Assembly (NCBI GenBank): GCA_977017645.1
Contig: OZ360226.1
Span: forward strand, 59,458,001 to 59,522,000
Direction of reading: 5' to 3'
Length of the DNA: 64,000 bases
Origin: Torpedo marmorata
Lineage: Eukaryota
In this document: in pieces, positions 1-12,943 of the stretch
How the letters are laid out: each line of letters starts with the position of its first letter
Numbering within the stretch: position 1 is the first letter of the stretch
Position numbers and translations under genes: made by a program
The notes under the pieces: model-generated
Databases searched by the model: none
The model's input: only the letters and a program-made list of their open reading frames with translations
Told to the model about the DNA's origin: nothing

Positions 1-3000
1 GTGGTTGGCGTACAAGTAGGGACAGCTGTTAAGGAGTTTATATGGGGCAACAGGCAGATGGGGCAAAATTACAGTCATTGGGATGAGTTGCAATACAACA
101 GAGGTACAGAGTCAAAGGCAACAATTAAAGGGCTAAAGGTTTTGTATTTAAATGCATGCAGCTTAAAAAATAAAGTGGATGACTTTGTAGTACAGCTACA
201 CATTGGAAGGTATTATGTTGTGGGCATCACGGAGTCGTGGCTAAAGGATGGATCTCATTGGTAGCATAATGACCAAGGCTACACAGTGTATCGAAAGGAT
301 AGGCATGTAAGCAGAGGGGGTGGTCTGGCTCTGTTGGTAAGGAAAACCTTAAATCGTTAGAAAGAGGTGACATAGGATCAGAAGATATAGAATCATTGTG
401 GGTTGAGTTAAAAAATGTCAAGAGTAAAAAGACACTGTTGGCAGTTATATACAGGCCTCCAAACAGTAGCCAGGATGAGGACAACAAATTACAACAGCAA
501 ATAGGAAAGGTGTGTCAGAAGGGCAATGTTATGGTAGTCATGGGGGATTTTAACATGCAAGTAGATTGGGAAAACCAGGTTGGGACTGGATCTCAAGAGA
601 GAGAATTTGTAGAAAGCCTACAAGATGGCTTTTTCGAGCAGCTTGTTGATGAGCCCATTAGGGGATCGGATGTACAGTTACTGGATTGGGTATTGTGTTA
701 TACAGCATAGGTGATTAGAGAGCATAGAATAAAGGAACCATTAGGGAGCAGTGATCACAATATGATTGAGTTCAATTTGAGATTTAACAAGGAGAAACTA
801 GTCAGATGTGTTGATATTTCAGTGGAGTAAAGGGAATTGCACTGGCCTGAGAGAGGAACTGGCCAAAGTAGATTGGAATGGGGCACTAGTAGACATTATG
901 ACACAGTAGCAATGGATGGAGTTTCTGCAAGAAGGTGCAGGATAAATACATACCAATAAAGAGGAAATATTCAAATGGAAAAATGTCATAACTGTGGCTG
1001 ACAAAGGAAGTCAAAGCCAACGTAAAAGCAAATGAGAAGGCATACAAGGAAGTAAAAATTAGTAGGAAGATAGAGGGTTGGGAAGTTTTTAAAAACTTGC
1101 AGAAGGTAACTAAAAAAACTCATAAGGAGGGAAAAGATGAAGTAGGCTAGCAAATAATATCAAAGAGGATACAAACATTTCATCAAATATATAAAGAGTA
1201 AAAGAGAGGTGAGATTAGATATAGGACTCTAGAAATTTATGCTGGAAAAATAAGGGATACGAGGAGACGGCAGAGGAAATAAATGGGTATTTTGCATCAG
1301 TCTTCAGTGTGAAAGACATTAGAGATACGAAGGTAGTGTTATGGACCATGACTGACCATTTGGACTGCGGACGGTCAGCAGGAAGGATGAAGTCTTTTGG
1401 AGTATACACTGGGACCAGATACTGAAAGAGTTAACTTGCCCAGGACTTGGTGTACGCAGAGAGAGAGAGAGAGAGAGAGCAGAGAGAGACAGGCTGTGGA
1501 AAAGATCATTTGTTGCACTTTTTGCAAAAGCAGGTGCAGACCTCTGCAAAAAGCAGACAGTTGGGAGTGACAAAGGCTAGAGAACACAGCCAAATCCAGG
1601 CTTGTGCATCCCAGAGAAAAGGCTGGAAGAATAGCACATGGCCTCCTGTCTCAGAGAAATCCTGAGTTAAAAGCAACTTCTGTGGAGAACAGGCGTGAGA
1701 TCAGCGAGACCAGCTGTGAGATCCAAGCACACGCCTCAATCAGTGGTATACTGATCTGAATTCGCAATCCTTATGAAAACACAAGAAGGGAATGTCATCA
1801 GAGAATAAAAACAAGTATTTGTAAGCATAAACAGTCATTGTCTCTCTCCAACGTTCATTCAGAAGTACTTCTACCAGCACACAGAGCTGAATTTGAAACC
1901 TGAACGTAGAGAGTGAATTTTGTGGACTGTATTTTTTTTTTGACTGACTTGTTTTTATGACTGACCTGGGGTTTTTGGGGAAGGTTTTTCCATTTTTACA
2001 TGAGGGTTGGGCACAGACTGTAATGGTCTGGGCTTTACACACACACACACATACATTTTAGATAAGAATAGTGTTTATAGACGTTTATAGTGGGGTTAAT
2101 TGTTGTGAAATTATATGTTTAATTGTCTTTAATAAATATAAATTTCAATTTTACCCCTTTTGCATTGCGTCTTCTGTCGTTGCTGGTTTGATTTTGTAAC
2201 AGTACGTGGAGGAGCAGGTAGTGTTGAGGAAACAGTAAGGCTGCAGAAGGACTTAGATTAGGAAAATGGTCAGAGAAGTGACAAATGAAATATAATGTAA
2301 GAGAGTGTATGGGCATGCACTTTGGTAGAAAAATAAAGAGGCAGACTATTTTTTTTTTTTTTAATATAAATGGGGAGAAAATTGAAAATACCCAAATGCA
2401 AAGGGATCTTGGAGTCCTTGTGCAGGATAGCCTGAAGGTAAACTTGGTGAAGAAGGCAAATGCAAATGCTGGCATTCATTTCAAGAGGAATAGAATATAA
2501 GAGCAGGGATGTGATGTTGAGGCTTTATAAGGGACTGGTGAGACCTCAGTTGGAGTATTTGAGCAGCTTTGGGCTCCTCATTTAAGAAAGGATATGCTGA
2601 CGTTGGAGAGGGTTCAGAGGAGATTCACAAGCCTGATTCCGGGAATGAAAGGGTTTTCATATGAAGAACATTTGTCAGAATTTAGTAGAATGAGGGGAAT
2701 CTCACTGAAACATTTTGAATGTTGAAAGGCTTGGATAGAGCAGATGTACTAAGGTTGTTTCCCATGGTGAGAGAGTCTAGGACAAGAGAGCACAACTTCA
2801 AGATTGAAGGACGTCCGCTTAGAACAGAGATGGTTAGGAATTTCTTCAGCCAGAGGGTGCTAAATCTGTGGAATTTGTTGCCACAGACTGTTGTGGATGC
2901 TGGGTCATTGGGTGTATTTAAGGCAGGGATTGATAGGTTCTTGATTAATGAGGGTATCAAAGGTTATGGGGAGAAGGCCGGGCAGTGGGGCCGAGTTGGA

Positions 3001-3082
3001 AAATGGATCAGCTCATGATTAAATGGTGGGAGAGACTCGATGGGCTGAATATCCTATTTCTGCTTCTATGACTTGTGGTCTT
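1..3082 (+). mobile_element. CR1 LINE ORF2 relic (APE endonuclease plus C-terminus and 3' tail; RT core deleted; interrupted by a solo LTR)
   Basis: Endonuclease motifs YLNACSL, VGITESWL, IYRPP, VMGDFN; C-terminal RNFFSQRVLNLWNLLP; CR1 tail near 3040-3080. The sequence jumps from FASVFSVKDI to DTKVGGGAGSVEE at about 1320. Confidence 0.9.
1337..2201 (+). mobile_element. Solo LTR of the Gmr1-like family found at 54106-60083
   Basis: TGTTA...TAACA termini; 4-bp TSD gtag/gtac; highly similar to the reverse complement of 54106-54980 and 59208-60083. Confidence 0.92.
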
Positions 3083-3559
3083 ATCATGTCAGGAGATTAT
3101 TGCAACTGTAGCGTGATTTAGGCACACAGGATTGTCTGCCTGCTCCCCTAGGTTCTAGGTAGCAATGGCAAGGTTGAAACTTTGATCCTACCTCAGGATT
3201 TCTCCTGCCACCAGTTGTCAGTCACTCTCTTTACCTGTATCCCACAGCCAGCTTTCCCAGACTGCAGCCTCTCTCAGTAGAACACAACAGTCGAAAGCTA
3301 GTTCTCGAGCAAGGAGCCATTGGGGACATCCAGAACGCACACCTGCTTCTCCCAACCGGGACAGGCAGTTGTCTTTTCATCAAATTCCATCAGATAGTGT
3401 ATTTTCATTGGTACAAAATGGTCTTATGGATGCAAACGTTTAAATCATGATCCACAATTCATCATAGTGGCTTCATTCCTTGTTCAATTATTATTACCTT
3501 TGGAAAATGGCAGGAAACTCAAATGTTGATGAAGTCATTGAGATATTGACTTTACTTAC

Positions 3560-3621
3560 ATCTTGATGAGCAGAAAAATCATCCCTCTTTCCTCTGAGCA
3601 CAACTATCTCAGATGCTGCCC
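3560..3621 (-). CDS. Candidate host-gene exon (62 bp, phase 1 to 0; xG-AASEIVVLRGKRDDFSAHQD)
   Basis: Minus-strand acceptor ttttttaccattccaAG and donor GTAAGT, open frame, non-repeat sequence; phase fits the exon at 18043-18307. Confidence 0.5.
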
Positions 3622-5496
3622 CTTGGAATGGTAAAAAAGTCAAAATTTCATTCTCTTTACCTTTGAAAGTTTTCTCAAATCCATACAAAAAATAAAGAAA
3701 CTGTGGATTTGTTTAGCCAGGAGAAACACTGAAACATTTTACACCTTGAGACTAAGCTATTGGTGCAGACTGAATGTCTGTGACAGGGTTACATTGTATT
3801 AAAGCTGGCAGCTCTCATGACACCCTTGTCCAATTGGGCCACAGCATGAACACACAAAAAAGATGCTTAGAGAACAGAATGTTCTTGTGTAAAGGCACAC
3901 AACACCCGTGCTGTTGCTGAGGTTAATATTCTTGTAATTAAGGGATCAGCATTTATCCATTATGCCACAGCATGGCTTTAATTTAACTGATAATTGAGAA
4001 TGCTTACTACATCACATCTGCCACTTCACTTATGGTAGAGATCATGGCAGTAGATCTCTTAAGCAAGTTGACTGCAAGGCTTTTTATTAATTAATGGAAG
4101 GAACTGTCTGCCATAAGAGGGTTGATCTTGTCTGAGGACGAATTATACAAACAGCAGGTGCAATGCAGCCTGTTTGATAAGAATGCAGTTCTGCCATTGT
4201 AAGTAGCCATCACAAAGTGTGCTAGGAGCTTTGAGATCACATTGAAGCAAATAATTCATTCGGTACATTCTTGTCATGTTTGAACTTCATTTTGTATGCC
4301 TGACACAGAGATTAGGAGTGTGCTGAAGCCAAATCTTTCTGGGTGCTGAGCACCTTGATTTCAGCAGCTTTCAGAGGCTTGTTCTTGAATGGCCGGCTGC
4401 TAGAAAATGAAAGGATAGCATGAAATCTTTGTGTGTGTGCCCCAAGCTTCTTACAAAGATGGTAATAGTAGTAAAAGTGTGGGATGAAAACATGGGTGCT
4501 TCATATGGGCATCTGGCCTTTGATCAGTCCTGACATGATTTACAGAGTGGGACTCTCATTCTCTCAGCTCACCTGCTTGCTGACTTATGTGATAAGCAGC
4601 AGATAAGGATGAAGCAAGAGACCCTGCCTGGTCTGCCTAGTGAGAAATGAGAGCAGTACACACAACAAACTCTCAATTAGAGGAAGCAATTCACTGGAGT
4701 TTCCTGTGCCAACAGACCCTTCATTGCATCTGCCTGCATCAGCTGGAGACCACACAAGAGTTAAATAGGTACTGAGGAGGCATGGCCCATATGCCACAAA
4801 ATCCATCCATCAGGACAGGACCATCCCTTAAGGCAATAGGTAGCTGTGGCTGCCATGTAATGAAGGAGTTGTGCAAACAGCCAGGATACCTGGCACTGAC
4901 CACCAGCAAGTTTCTTTGATTATAGACCAGTTAAGTCAATGGAAGCCTCTTAATTTCTGGGTTCTAGAAGGAAGCCCAAAATGCTGAACGGTTGCACCTT
5001 ATCGTAGCTTTAATCTTAGGGAAACTGGCAAAGCTGGAGAATCCCCACCTGCTCTGCCTCATGTATTCTGCTGAAGCAAGAATACAGAATGTGTCCAGAA
5101 GGTTTCAGAGGCTATGAAGTTTAGCAGTGACTTTGAATTTGACTTTAACTTCATCTGGCAAATTATGGCAGGAATGGGCACAAGCTTCTGGAGGTTGCAG
5201 AAGTTCAATCATCACCGTGGTGACTGACGTAGTAAATATCATCTGCAGACATTACCCATCAGAGAGTTTGAGCAAGGAGATTGGGTCTCTGTGGTCACAA
5301 TGAATCGTCTCCTCTCAATATAGCCTGCTGCCTGATGTACTGGGATGCACAGCAACCTGTTTTACCCATTTCAGATATGGAGAACAGACCAAGCTGCCAC
5401 TTCATATCCAAGCATGCTACCAGTGGTGGCTGGACTTCACGCATTGGATCTTGAACTTGTCCTGAGGCAGCAAAGCCACTGAAGTAGACTTAAGGA

Positions 5497-5625
5497 GTTG
5501 TACAGCACAAAATGGGCATTTCGACCCTCAATGTCCATGTTCACCTTTTAGCCCATCTACACTCATCCTATATGTTGACGTTAGGGTCCTATCCTTGCCT
5601 CTTTAAGTGTTTGTCTAAATGCCTC
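5497..5625 (-). mobile_element. Degraded CR1 3'-tail fragment
   Basis: tacagcaca...ggcatttcgaccc...tgtctaaatgcctct resembles the reverse complement of the CR1 tail seen at 18528. Confidence 0.45.
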
Positions 5626-6589
5626 TGAACAAAGCATTACAAATAATTAAAAAGATATTAAGATAAAGTAAAATAAGAAAATTAATTATAATTTTACTCA
5701 GAACCAGCATCATTTTTCAATTGTATAACATTGCCAACCAGCTCTGTACTCAAACCGGGATCTGGATGCATTTCACATTTGGCACCTCTCCAATCTATCT
5801 GCTCTCTGCCATTAGATGCAGACAGGGAAAGCAGAGACCACCTGAATGGCTAGTTGCAAAAATGTTCAATAGGATCTTGACTGGGGAGGAAAGACATCCT
5901 TGGTTATGCCCCGTTTTATGTCTTATCTCATTGGATGTTCGCGTATGAATGTAGCCCCTCCAGTCAAGTTTGTCCAGTTTAATTTTTCCATCTGTAACTT
6001 CACAGAACACTAACCATTTCAAGTTGTTACCAGGTCCTGAAATTGCAGCATGGTTCAACAGATGCCTTATTGATGAATAGAAACACGTTTCAGAATGAGC
6101 ACACAACTCCCAAAGTGCTGGGAAGTAAACTATAGAAGTGAGAGAGTGAGTACCATTTTAAATCATACAGCAACAGAGCCATTAGTGTTACACAAGCCTG
6201 ATGGGTCTGTGAGTGGAGAACGAAGAGAAAATATTCAAGTAATATGTAAAAAATTCACCCAATAGGACTGGACAAGGGTGTTTCCGAAGCATTGATTTCA
6301 CTGGTCCACATAAGTAGGAGTCACACAGGCAAGTAATGGTCAAATACTAAAGCAATGTGTACCAACTTGCATGCTTCCATCCAGAAAGATCTGATTTTCT
6401 GTATACAATACTGGGAAAAATTTAAGACAACTTAATGTCCATTCCAATTATTCTGTTTATCAAAGAACCTCAGCCATGACACAGTTGGGAGGATTGTTGG
6501 AGACAAATCCATTTTTGGTCAATGATGATAAAGATTATTTTTCAAATTTTGATTCCTCCAGACAGAATTTGAAAGTGGAATTTAATGTT

Positions 6590-6980
6590 TAGCTGCTTTT
6601 GCATTGCAAGTTTAGCCTTACCACACTTCCATCTAAAACAAAGGATTGCATTGCACTGCCGTAGATAGGGAGAGCTGAGCTATCAGAGAACTAGCCTTTG
6701 CATTAAATGTTAAACAAAGGTTTTGTCCATTTTGTCAAACGGACATAATATTTCTCAGAGCATGAATGTAAAGAATGAGCATGGGATGTACTGTATTCTC
6801 TGTCCTGGTGATGTTTATGCTTCATCAACATTTCTAAAAATATGGTTCAATTGTGCGTTATGAGAGTTTGCATTGCACTAATTGGTTGCTGCAGTTCCAA
6901 CTCTACAACAAACATTGCCACTCCAAGAGTTCTTATGAACTGTAAAGCACTTTGTGGCTTCTCAAGGCCATAAAAAGACA
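6590..6980 (+). mobile_element. Old DeuSINE (SacSINE1-like) copy
   Basis: Degenerate match by eye to the Deu domain and L2-like tail (gttaaac..., tgtcctgg, aattggttgctgc, ctgtaaagcactttg...aatgcaaacttcttc). Confidence 0.5.
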
Positions 6981-8271
6981 GTGTCAATGCAAACTTCTTC
7001 ACTGTTGTTTCCAGCCTTTGTAATGTTGCAGCAAGCAGAACAATGCTGAATAGAAGTTTTGTTCACCAGAAGTACTGTGCAAAAAAAAAGTAACATTCAC
7101 TGCAACATAAACAAATGTAGTTAGCAAAATAAAACAGAATATAAATGATGTTTTCAAAATGTCACCAATATTTAGCAGAAGTGTTTGGAACCAAAATTTA
7201 CCTTTGATAATGCACCTTCAGTAGGAAATGCTGTTGATTGGTCATGTGAAAGTTTAGCATGTGAGTGATGAGGAATGAAAGTGGATTTGTTAAAAGAATG
7301 ATGGAGATTCAAGTTAGATAATGTTAGAGGCCACAATAATGTTTATTCTAACCAGCAGCAGACTTCAAAGTAATGTGTGTAAAAGCCCGCCGCTTCAGCT
7401 TCCTGAACCTCACTTGCCTCTGGCAAAGTACTATGGTGCTGGCAGTGCATGCACATGAGGGTCTACTTTGAGAAATCTGTTCTTTCATGTAATACAGCTA
7501 TGGAATGGTCTTCAGCAGAGAAATAAAAGCTGGTTATAAAATTAAAAACCATATTCCCCATTTATTTGTTAAACATAGACCAGAAAAAAAATGGCAGCAC
7601 TACCAGAGCTGTTGTAATGGCAGCGCTGCCTCTGGTGTGGATCTGAGAAGAGCGAGGAGCAGAGACACAGCACTCCCCCGCGGGATCCTACCGCCCAGTC
7701 TGACTAACGACGGCTCTGTACACGCTTTAAATGGCCTGTTAAAGGAGCCGACAGTGTTTTATTTTTAATCCTGCGATCGCAGGATCTGGGCCCAAGATAG
7801 AGGTACCTGTGTGCGATGTTTCTTTTATTATAATAAAGAAACTTGGGTTATTTTAAAACAACTATACTTTAGCTAAAGTACACACACTGTGTGGAGGCAT
7901 CCATCTTGAATCCAATGAGCGGACACAAACTAGTCTCCGACCCTCTAGTGCTCAGGAGGATCATTAGCACTCTATCATTACATCCCCTTTCCTTGAGATG
8001 TTTAATCTAACAACATGACACACTAATACAGTATTCATTTCAATTTAAAGTTCAACACAAACGTAAACACAAACATCAGCAGGTTCAGTACCTTTTCCTT
8101 TAGAGATTCAGTCTGTCAGGTGCTTTGATAACACGTGTGGAACTTCTTAACACAGGTGATTGTGTCGGCTCTGCTGGTCCACTACTGTCTAGCACTTGTG
8201 GTGTTTCCTCTGTTGCTGTGCAGGCTGGATATTCTGCATTTGTCTGTACCTGCAGTGTCCCTTGCGTTTTC

Positions 8272-10043
8272 TTTCTTTTTCAGTATTTTTATTAACATTG
8301 AAATTTCACATCCAAAAATACAGAGTACATATGATATATGTTAAAATTCAAAAAGATACATTACACTTAAATCATATCATTTCATCCAAGGTACTCCACA
8401 TTTTAATCAAACAGATTATTATATTATTTTATTATTAAAAAAAGGAAAATCTAAACCCACTACCAAGAAAGAAGCTGTTTGGCCACAAAAAATAAAAGAA
8501 AGACAGAATTCTTATCAGTGATAAATTACCTCATTACTCAACATTTCTACCTTCATAACAAATCAAAGATTACAAAAGTAATTCAAAAGGGTCCCCACAG
8601 TGTTTGAAAATTTAAATTCAAATCGGAAATTGAGGATCTAATCCTCTCTAAATTTAAACATGACATGACGTCACGTAGCCATTGAGCATGATTAGGCAGG
8701 TTAACGTCCCTCCATCTGAGAAACACCGTCCACCTAGCCATAAGAGAAATAAAAGCTAATACATGTAGCTCAGGTGTCGTTAAAGTTATGTCACTCTCTC
8801 CAACAATATCAAGTAAAGCAGTTAAGGGATTTGGTTTAAAATTAGCTTTAAAAAATGCAGAGAATGTTTGAAATACTTCGATCCAATATTTCTCAAGACT
8901 CTGGAATGTCCAGAACATATGAATTAATGAAGCATCTCCACTGTTGCATTTATCACAACGAGGAGATACATCCACATAAAAATGATAGTTTGACTTTGGA
9001 CATGTGAGCCCTATGGACTTCTTTAAATTGTAGGAGAGAGTGGCAGGCACATAAAGAAGAGGTATTAACCAATTTGAAAATTACATTCCAAGTTTCTTCT
9101 GGAATTAAAAGCTGTAGGTCCTGTTCCCAGGCTTTTTTAATTTTATCTGAGGGAACCTCTCTTATTCCCAACAACATATCATAAATGTTAGATATTGAAC
9201 CATTATAGAAAGGTTGTAAATTACAAATTACATAAATTAAATTCTTATCAGTCCTCTTAGGAAATGTATGTAATTGAGATTGTAAAAAATCTCTAATCTG
9301 TAGATAACAAAAAAAATGAGTATTTGGTAGTCCATATTTAACTGAAAGTTGTTCAAAGGAAGCCAGACTCCCCTCGACAAATAAATCTTTAAAACATTTA
9401 ATGCCAAATATATATCATTCTTTAAAAGTTACATCAATCATGGAAGGTTTAAAAAAAAATAATTAGAAAAAATAGGACAAGAGAGGGAAAATCTCATTCA
9501 ACCAAAATGTTTTCTAAATTGTATCCATATCCTCAAAGTATGTTTAACCACCGGATTATTAGTTAATTTATTTAGAGATATAGGAAGTGAGGATCCAAGA
9601 AGAGAGATGCGAGAAAATTTTGTAACAGAATTAGATTCCAGAGATATCCAAATTGGACAGACTTCACAGTTATTATAATATAACCAAAAAGGAAGCTTTC
9701 GTATATTGACTGCCCAATAATAAAACCTAAAGTTTGGTAAAGCTAAACCTCCATTCTTTTTAAGTTTTTGTGAATGGACTTTACTTAGGCGAGGATGTTT
9801 ATTCTTCCATATATAAGATAAGATTGAGTCAAGGGAATCAAAAAAAGACAGGAATAAAAACAGGCAAAGCCTGAAAAAGGTATAAAAATTTAGGTAATAT
9901 ATTCATTTGAATAGAGTTGATTCAACCAAGCAATGATAAAGAAAGGGGCGACCAATTTGATAGTGCCCCTTTCACATGTTTGTTTAAGGTGAGAAAATTT
10001 TCTCTGAATAAGTTTTTATGATATTTAGTAATTGTTACACCAA
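8272..10043 (-). mobile_element. 5'-truncated L1/Tx1-clade LINE inside the Gypsy integrase region
   Basis: ORF2 C-terminus (CDKC...HMFW zinc knuckle, GGLALPN); 11-bp TSD cttgcgttttc at 8261-8271 and 10044-10054. Confidence 0.9.
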
Positions 10044-10390
10044 CTTGCGTTTTCAGTAGGCTCTTTCGATTCCTCCTCAGTATTAGACCATCCTCTGTTG
10101 TGACAGTGTAGGATCTTGGACTTACTTGCTCCAGTACAGTAGCCTTTTTGTCCCAAGTGTTGGAATCTGAGTCTCACTGTGTCATGTTGTGCCAGTGGCC
10201 CTAAGCTTCTTCCTGACTTGTCATAGTTTGCTTTTTGTCTCCATTGCAGACGCTTTTGTTTCCGTTCGACATCTCTGTTCTTGTTTGGGTCTGCAGACTA
10301 GGGAAGTGTGGTGCATAAGTCTACGTCCCATCACAAGCTCAACGGGTGACATGCCATGTTCAAGTGGCAAAGGTCTATAACTCAATAGAG

Positions 10391-10831
10391 CTAGATATGA
10401 TCTGAGCCACTGTCTAAAGCTTTTTTGAGCAACTGTTTAACTATGTGAACTCCTTTCTCTGCTTTACCGTTTGACTGTGGATGCAGAGGACTTGAAGTCA
10501 CATGTCTGAAATCATACTCTTCTGCAAAGTTTTGGAATTCTCTACAGCTGTAGCATGGTCCATTGTCACTGTAGACGATTTGAGGAATTCCATGTCTTGC
10601 AAAGATCGATTTCATATATTTGATCACACAGGCAACAGACATGTTATGAAGCAGCGCAATCTCTGGATAGCTTGATAGATAGTCAATAACCAGCAAGTAA
10701 TTATTTCCATCCATGTGGAACAGATCAGTCCAAACTTTCTGCCATGGTTCTGCTGGTACGTCAGTTAGTATCATGGGTTCCTTTGCCTGCTTTGCGTGAT
10801 GTTTCAAACAGGTCTCACAGCTGGAAACCAT
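10391..10831 (-). pseudogene. Gypsy integrase core fragment
   Basis: CETC, TDLF, VIDYLS, SDNGP, SSPLHPQSNGKAE (DDE motifs). Confidence 0.9.
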
Positions 10832-11611
10832 CCTGTCAATGTCAGTGTTTATCCCTGGCCAATAAACATCAGTTCTGGCCCTCGTCTTGCATTTTCCATT
10901 CCAAGGTGCTCCTCATGCACCCTTTTCAGCATCTCTTGTCGCAGTGATTGAGGAATGACAATTCTGCTCTGTCGTTGTAGAAGCCCATTGACAACACTCA
11001 GCTCAGTTCTGATGTTGTAGTATGGCTGACATTCACCTCGAGGCCATCCTCCATTCTGATTTTTGATTACCTTCTGTAGAACTGTGTAATTTTTCTGTTT
11101 CAGCTGAAATCTGCTTGGATTTCATGTCAGATATGAGAAGAGATTCAGTGATCAGGTTAACGTGGAGAATCACATCTTCTCTGTGGAACTCTCATTGTGT
11201 GCTTCACTCTGCGTTGTTGCCCTGGATAACGCATCAGCTAACACAATATGTTTCCCTGGTGTGTATACCCTCTTGACTAGGCTTAAGTTTTCACATGCTT
11301 TGTCACCCAGCAGTGATTCATGTCCATCTGGGACTACTGCGAACCTGAGGTGGTTCTCTTTGTCTTTAACTTTCACCTTGAGTTTACATGTACCTTTCAT
11401 GTCGATGCTCTGTCCATTGTAGGCTTTGAGCTGTACAGGATTTGCATGGATGTATGGCTTTATCTTCATTGCCCTGAAGTCGCGCTCACAGATCAAATTG
11501 ACCATTGCCCCTGTGTCCAGTTTGAAAGGAATATTTAAAAAACACGAATGCTGGAGAAACTCAGCAGGTCAAACAGTGTCTTTTATGTAGCAAAGGTAGA
11601 AATACATAACC

Positions 11612-11639
11612 GACGTTTCGGGCTTGAGCCCTTCATCAA
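11612..11639 (-). ncRNA. Minimal hammerhead-ribozyme-like motif in Penelope pLTR
   Basis: UUGAUGA-A-GGG-CUCAAG-CCC-GAAACGUC: hammerhead core variant with stem II and palindromic ACGU stem III, as described for Penelope-associated hammerheads. Confidence 0.65.
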
Positions 11640-12109
11640 AGTATGAGAAAATGCAGGCAGGCATCTGAACAAAAGAGTGAGGGAGGGAAGGGGTGGGGGG
11701 GTGGCAAAGGCAGGAGATGATAGGTGGAGAAAGGAGGGAGGGGACAGCAGCAAAGAGGGGGAGGAGGAGGGATGGCTGGGTGGGTGGAAAAAAACAGGAA
11801 GGACAGGGGAGGGGGAGGGGAAGGAAAAGACAAGCAGGTTTAGTGGAAAGCAGAAAAGTCAATGTTAATACCATCTGGCTGGAGAGTGCCCAGACAGAAA
11901 ATGAGATGTTGTTCCTCCAATTTGCAGGTAGTCTGGGTGGGATAGTACATAAGTCCATGGACAGACATGTGAGTGTGGGAGTGTGACTCGGAATTGAAAT
12001 GGTTGGTTACTGGGAGATCGCTGTTGTTGCGGACGGAGAGGAGGTGCTCAGCAAAGTGATCTCCCAATCTACGACCGATCTCTCCGATGTAGAGAAAGCC
12101 ACAAAAGGA

Positions 12110-12943
12110 TTCAAGATTCAAGATTCAATTTATTGTCATAGAAATAAGACAGTGTCGTATTCCACGAAATTTATTTTTGCCTGCTACAAGGCAGACAGAT
12201 TCGCCACCGGCAGAAATTGCCTAAGCGCTTCTTACATTCCTTACAGTCAGAGAAAGAGAAGCAAAAGAGAGTCCCCTCAGAGTCACCGAGTGTCCATAGA
12301 TTCGCTTCCAGTGCTTCTGCAGCCACACAGAGTCCAGTCTAATCCATCGGCAACCCGAACTCCAGATCCGAACCTCCAACACGATCAGGGCGCCCTTGGC
12401 ACCCCCTCGCATCCCAGTTCCGATACCTGGTACTCCTCCAGCCAGTTCGAGCCAGCCTCTAGCAGTCCGCAGCCCAGCGTGAGTCAGCAGTCTCCTTCCT
12501 AACCTTGAGTCGCTAGCAGCCCGCCGCATGCACTGGTCCTTCAGCCTTAGAGCCCCTCACCAGTCCGTCGCCGTGGTCACTGTCCCGTGGGTCATCTCCT
12601 CCGCTTCTCCTTCTCAGACGGGGGGTGATCTTCCCATCCTCTGGTGCACTGCTCCAGTCCTCCGCTTCCCCGGAGTCCACAGCCCCTCGTGGCTGCTGCC
12701 GGTTAAAGGCGCTGCCACCTTGGGCACAGACCCCACGGTCGTGGGATCTTAAATAAAACCACCGTTGGCTACTTTAACAGGCCGTTCAAAGCCCGTGCGG
12801 AGCCGACGGCAGTCAACTGGGCGGCTGGACCCTGCGGGACCACTGTATCTCCGCTCCCCGCGGTTCCGCACCAGCAGCAGCGCTGCCCCTACAGCGGCTC
12901 CGGCAGCACCGCCATTGCAGATAGCGCGCCGCAATGATGCAGC
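12110..12943 (-). mobile_element. GC-rich SINE-like retroposon inserted in the Penelope GIY-YIG domain
   Basis: Interrupts YCIRC/CGFLYIGE; tail atgacaataaattgaatcttgaatcttgaa; homologous to 7590-17524; no clear TSD. Confidence 0.8.

Noticed and set aside
1215-2048. Short ORFs recurring at 1.3-2.0, 54.5-55.0 and 59.5-60.2 kb
   Set aside because: They are chance ORFs within three copies of the same LTR, and frames differ between copies.
4900-5460. Possible ancient Harbinger transposase relic (also about 63200-63800)
   Set aside because: Only faint motif echoes, with no TIR, TSD or alignable ORF.
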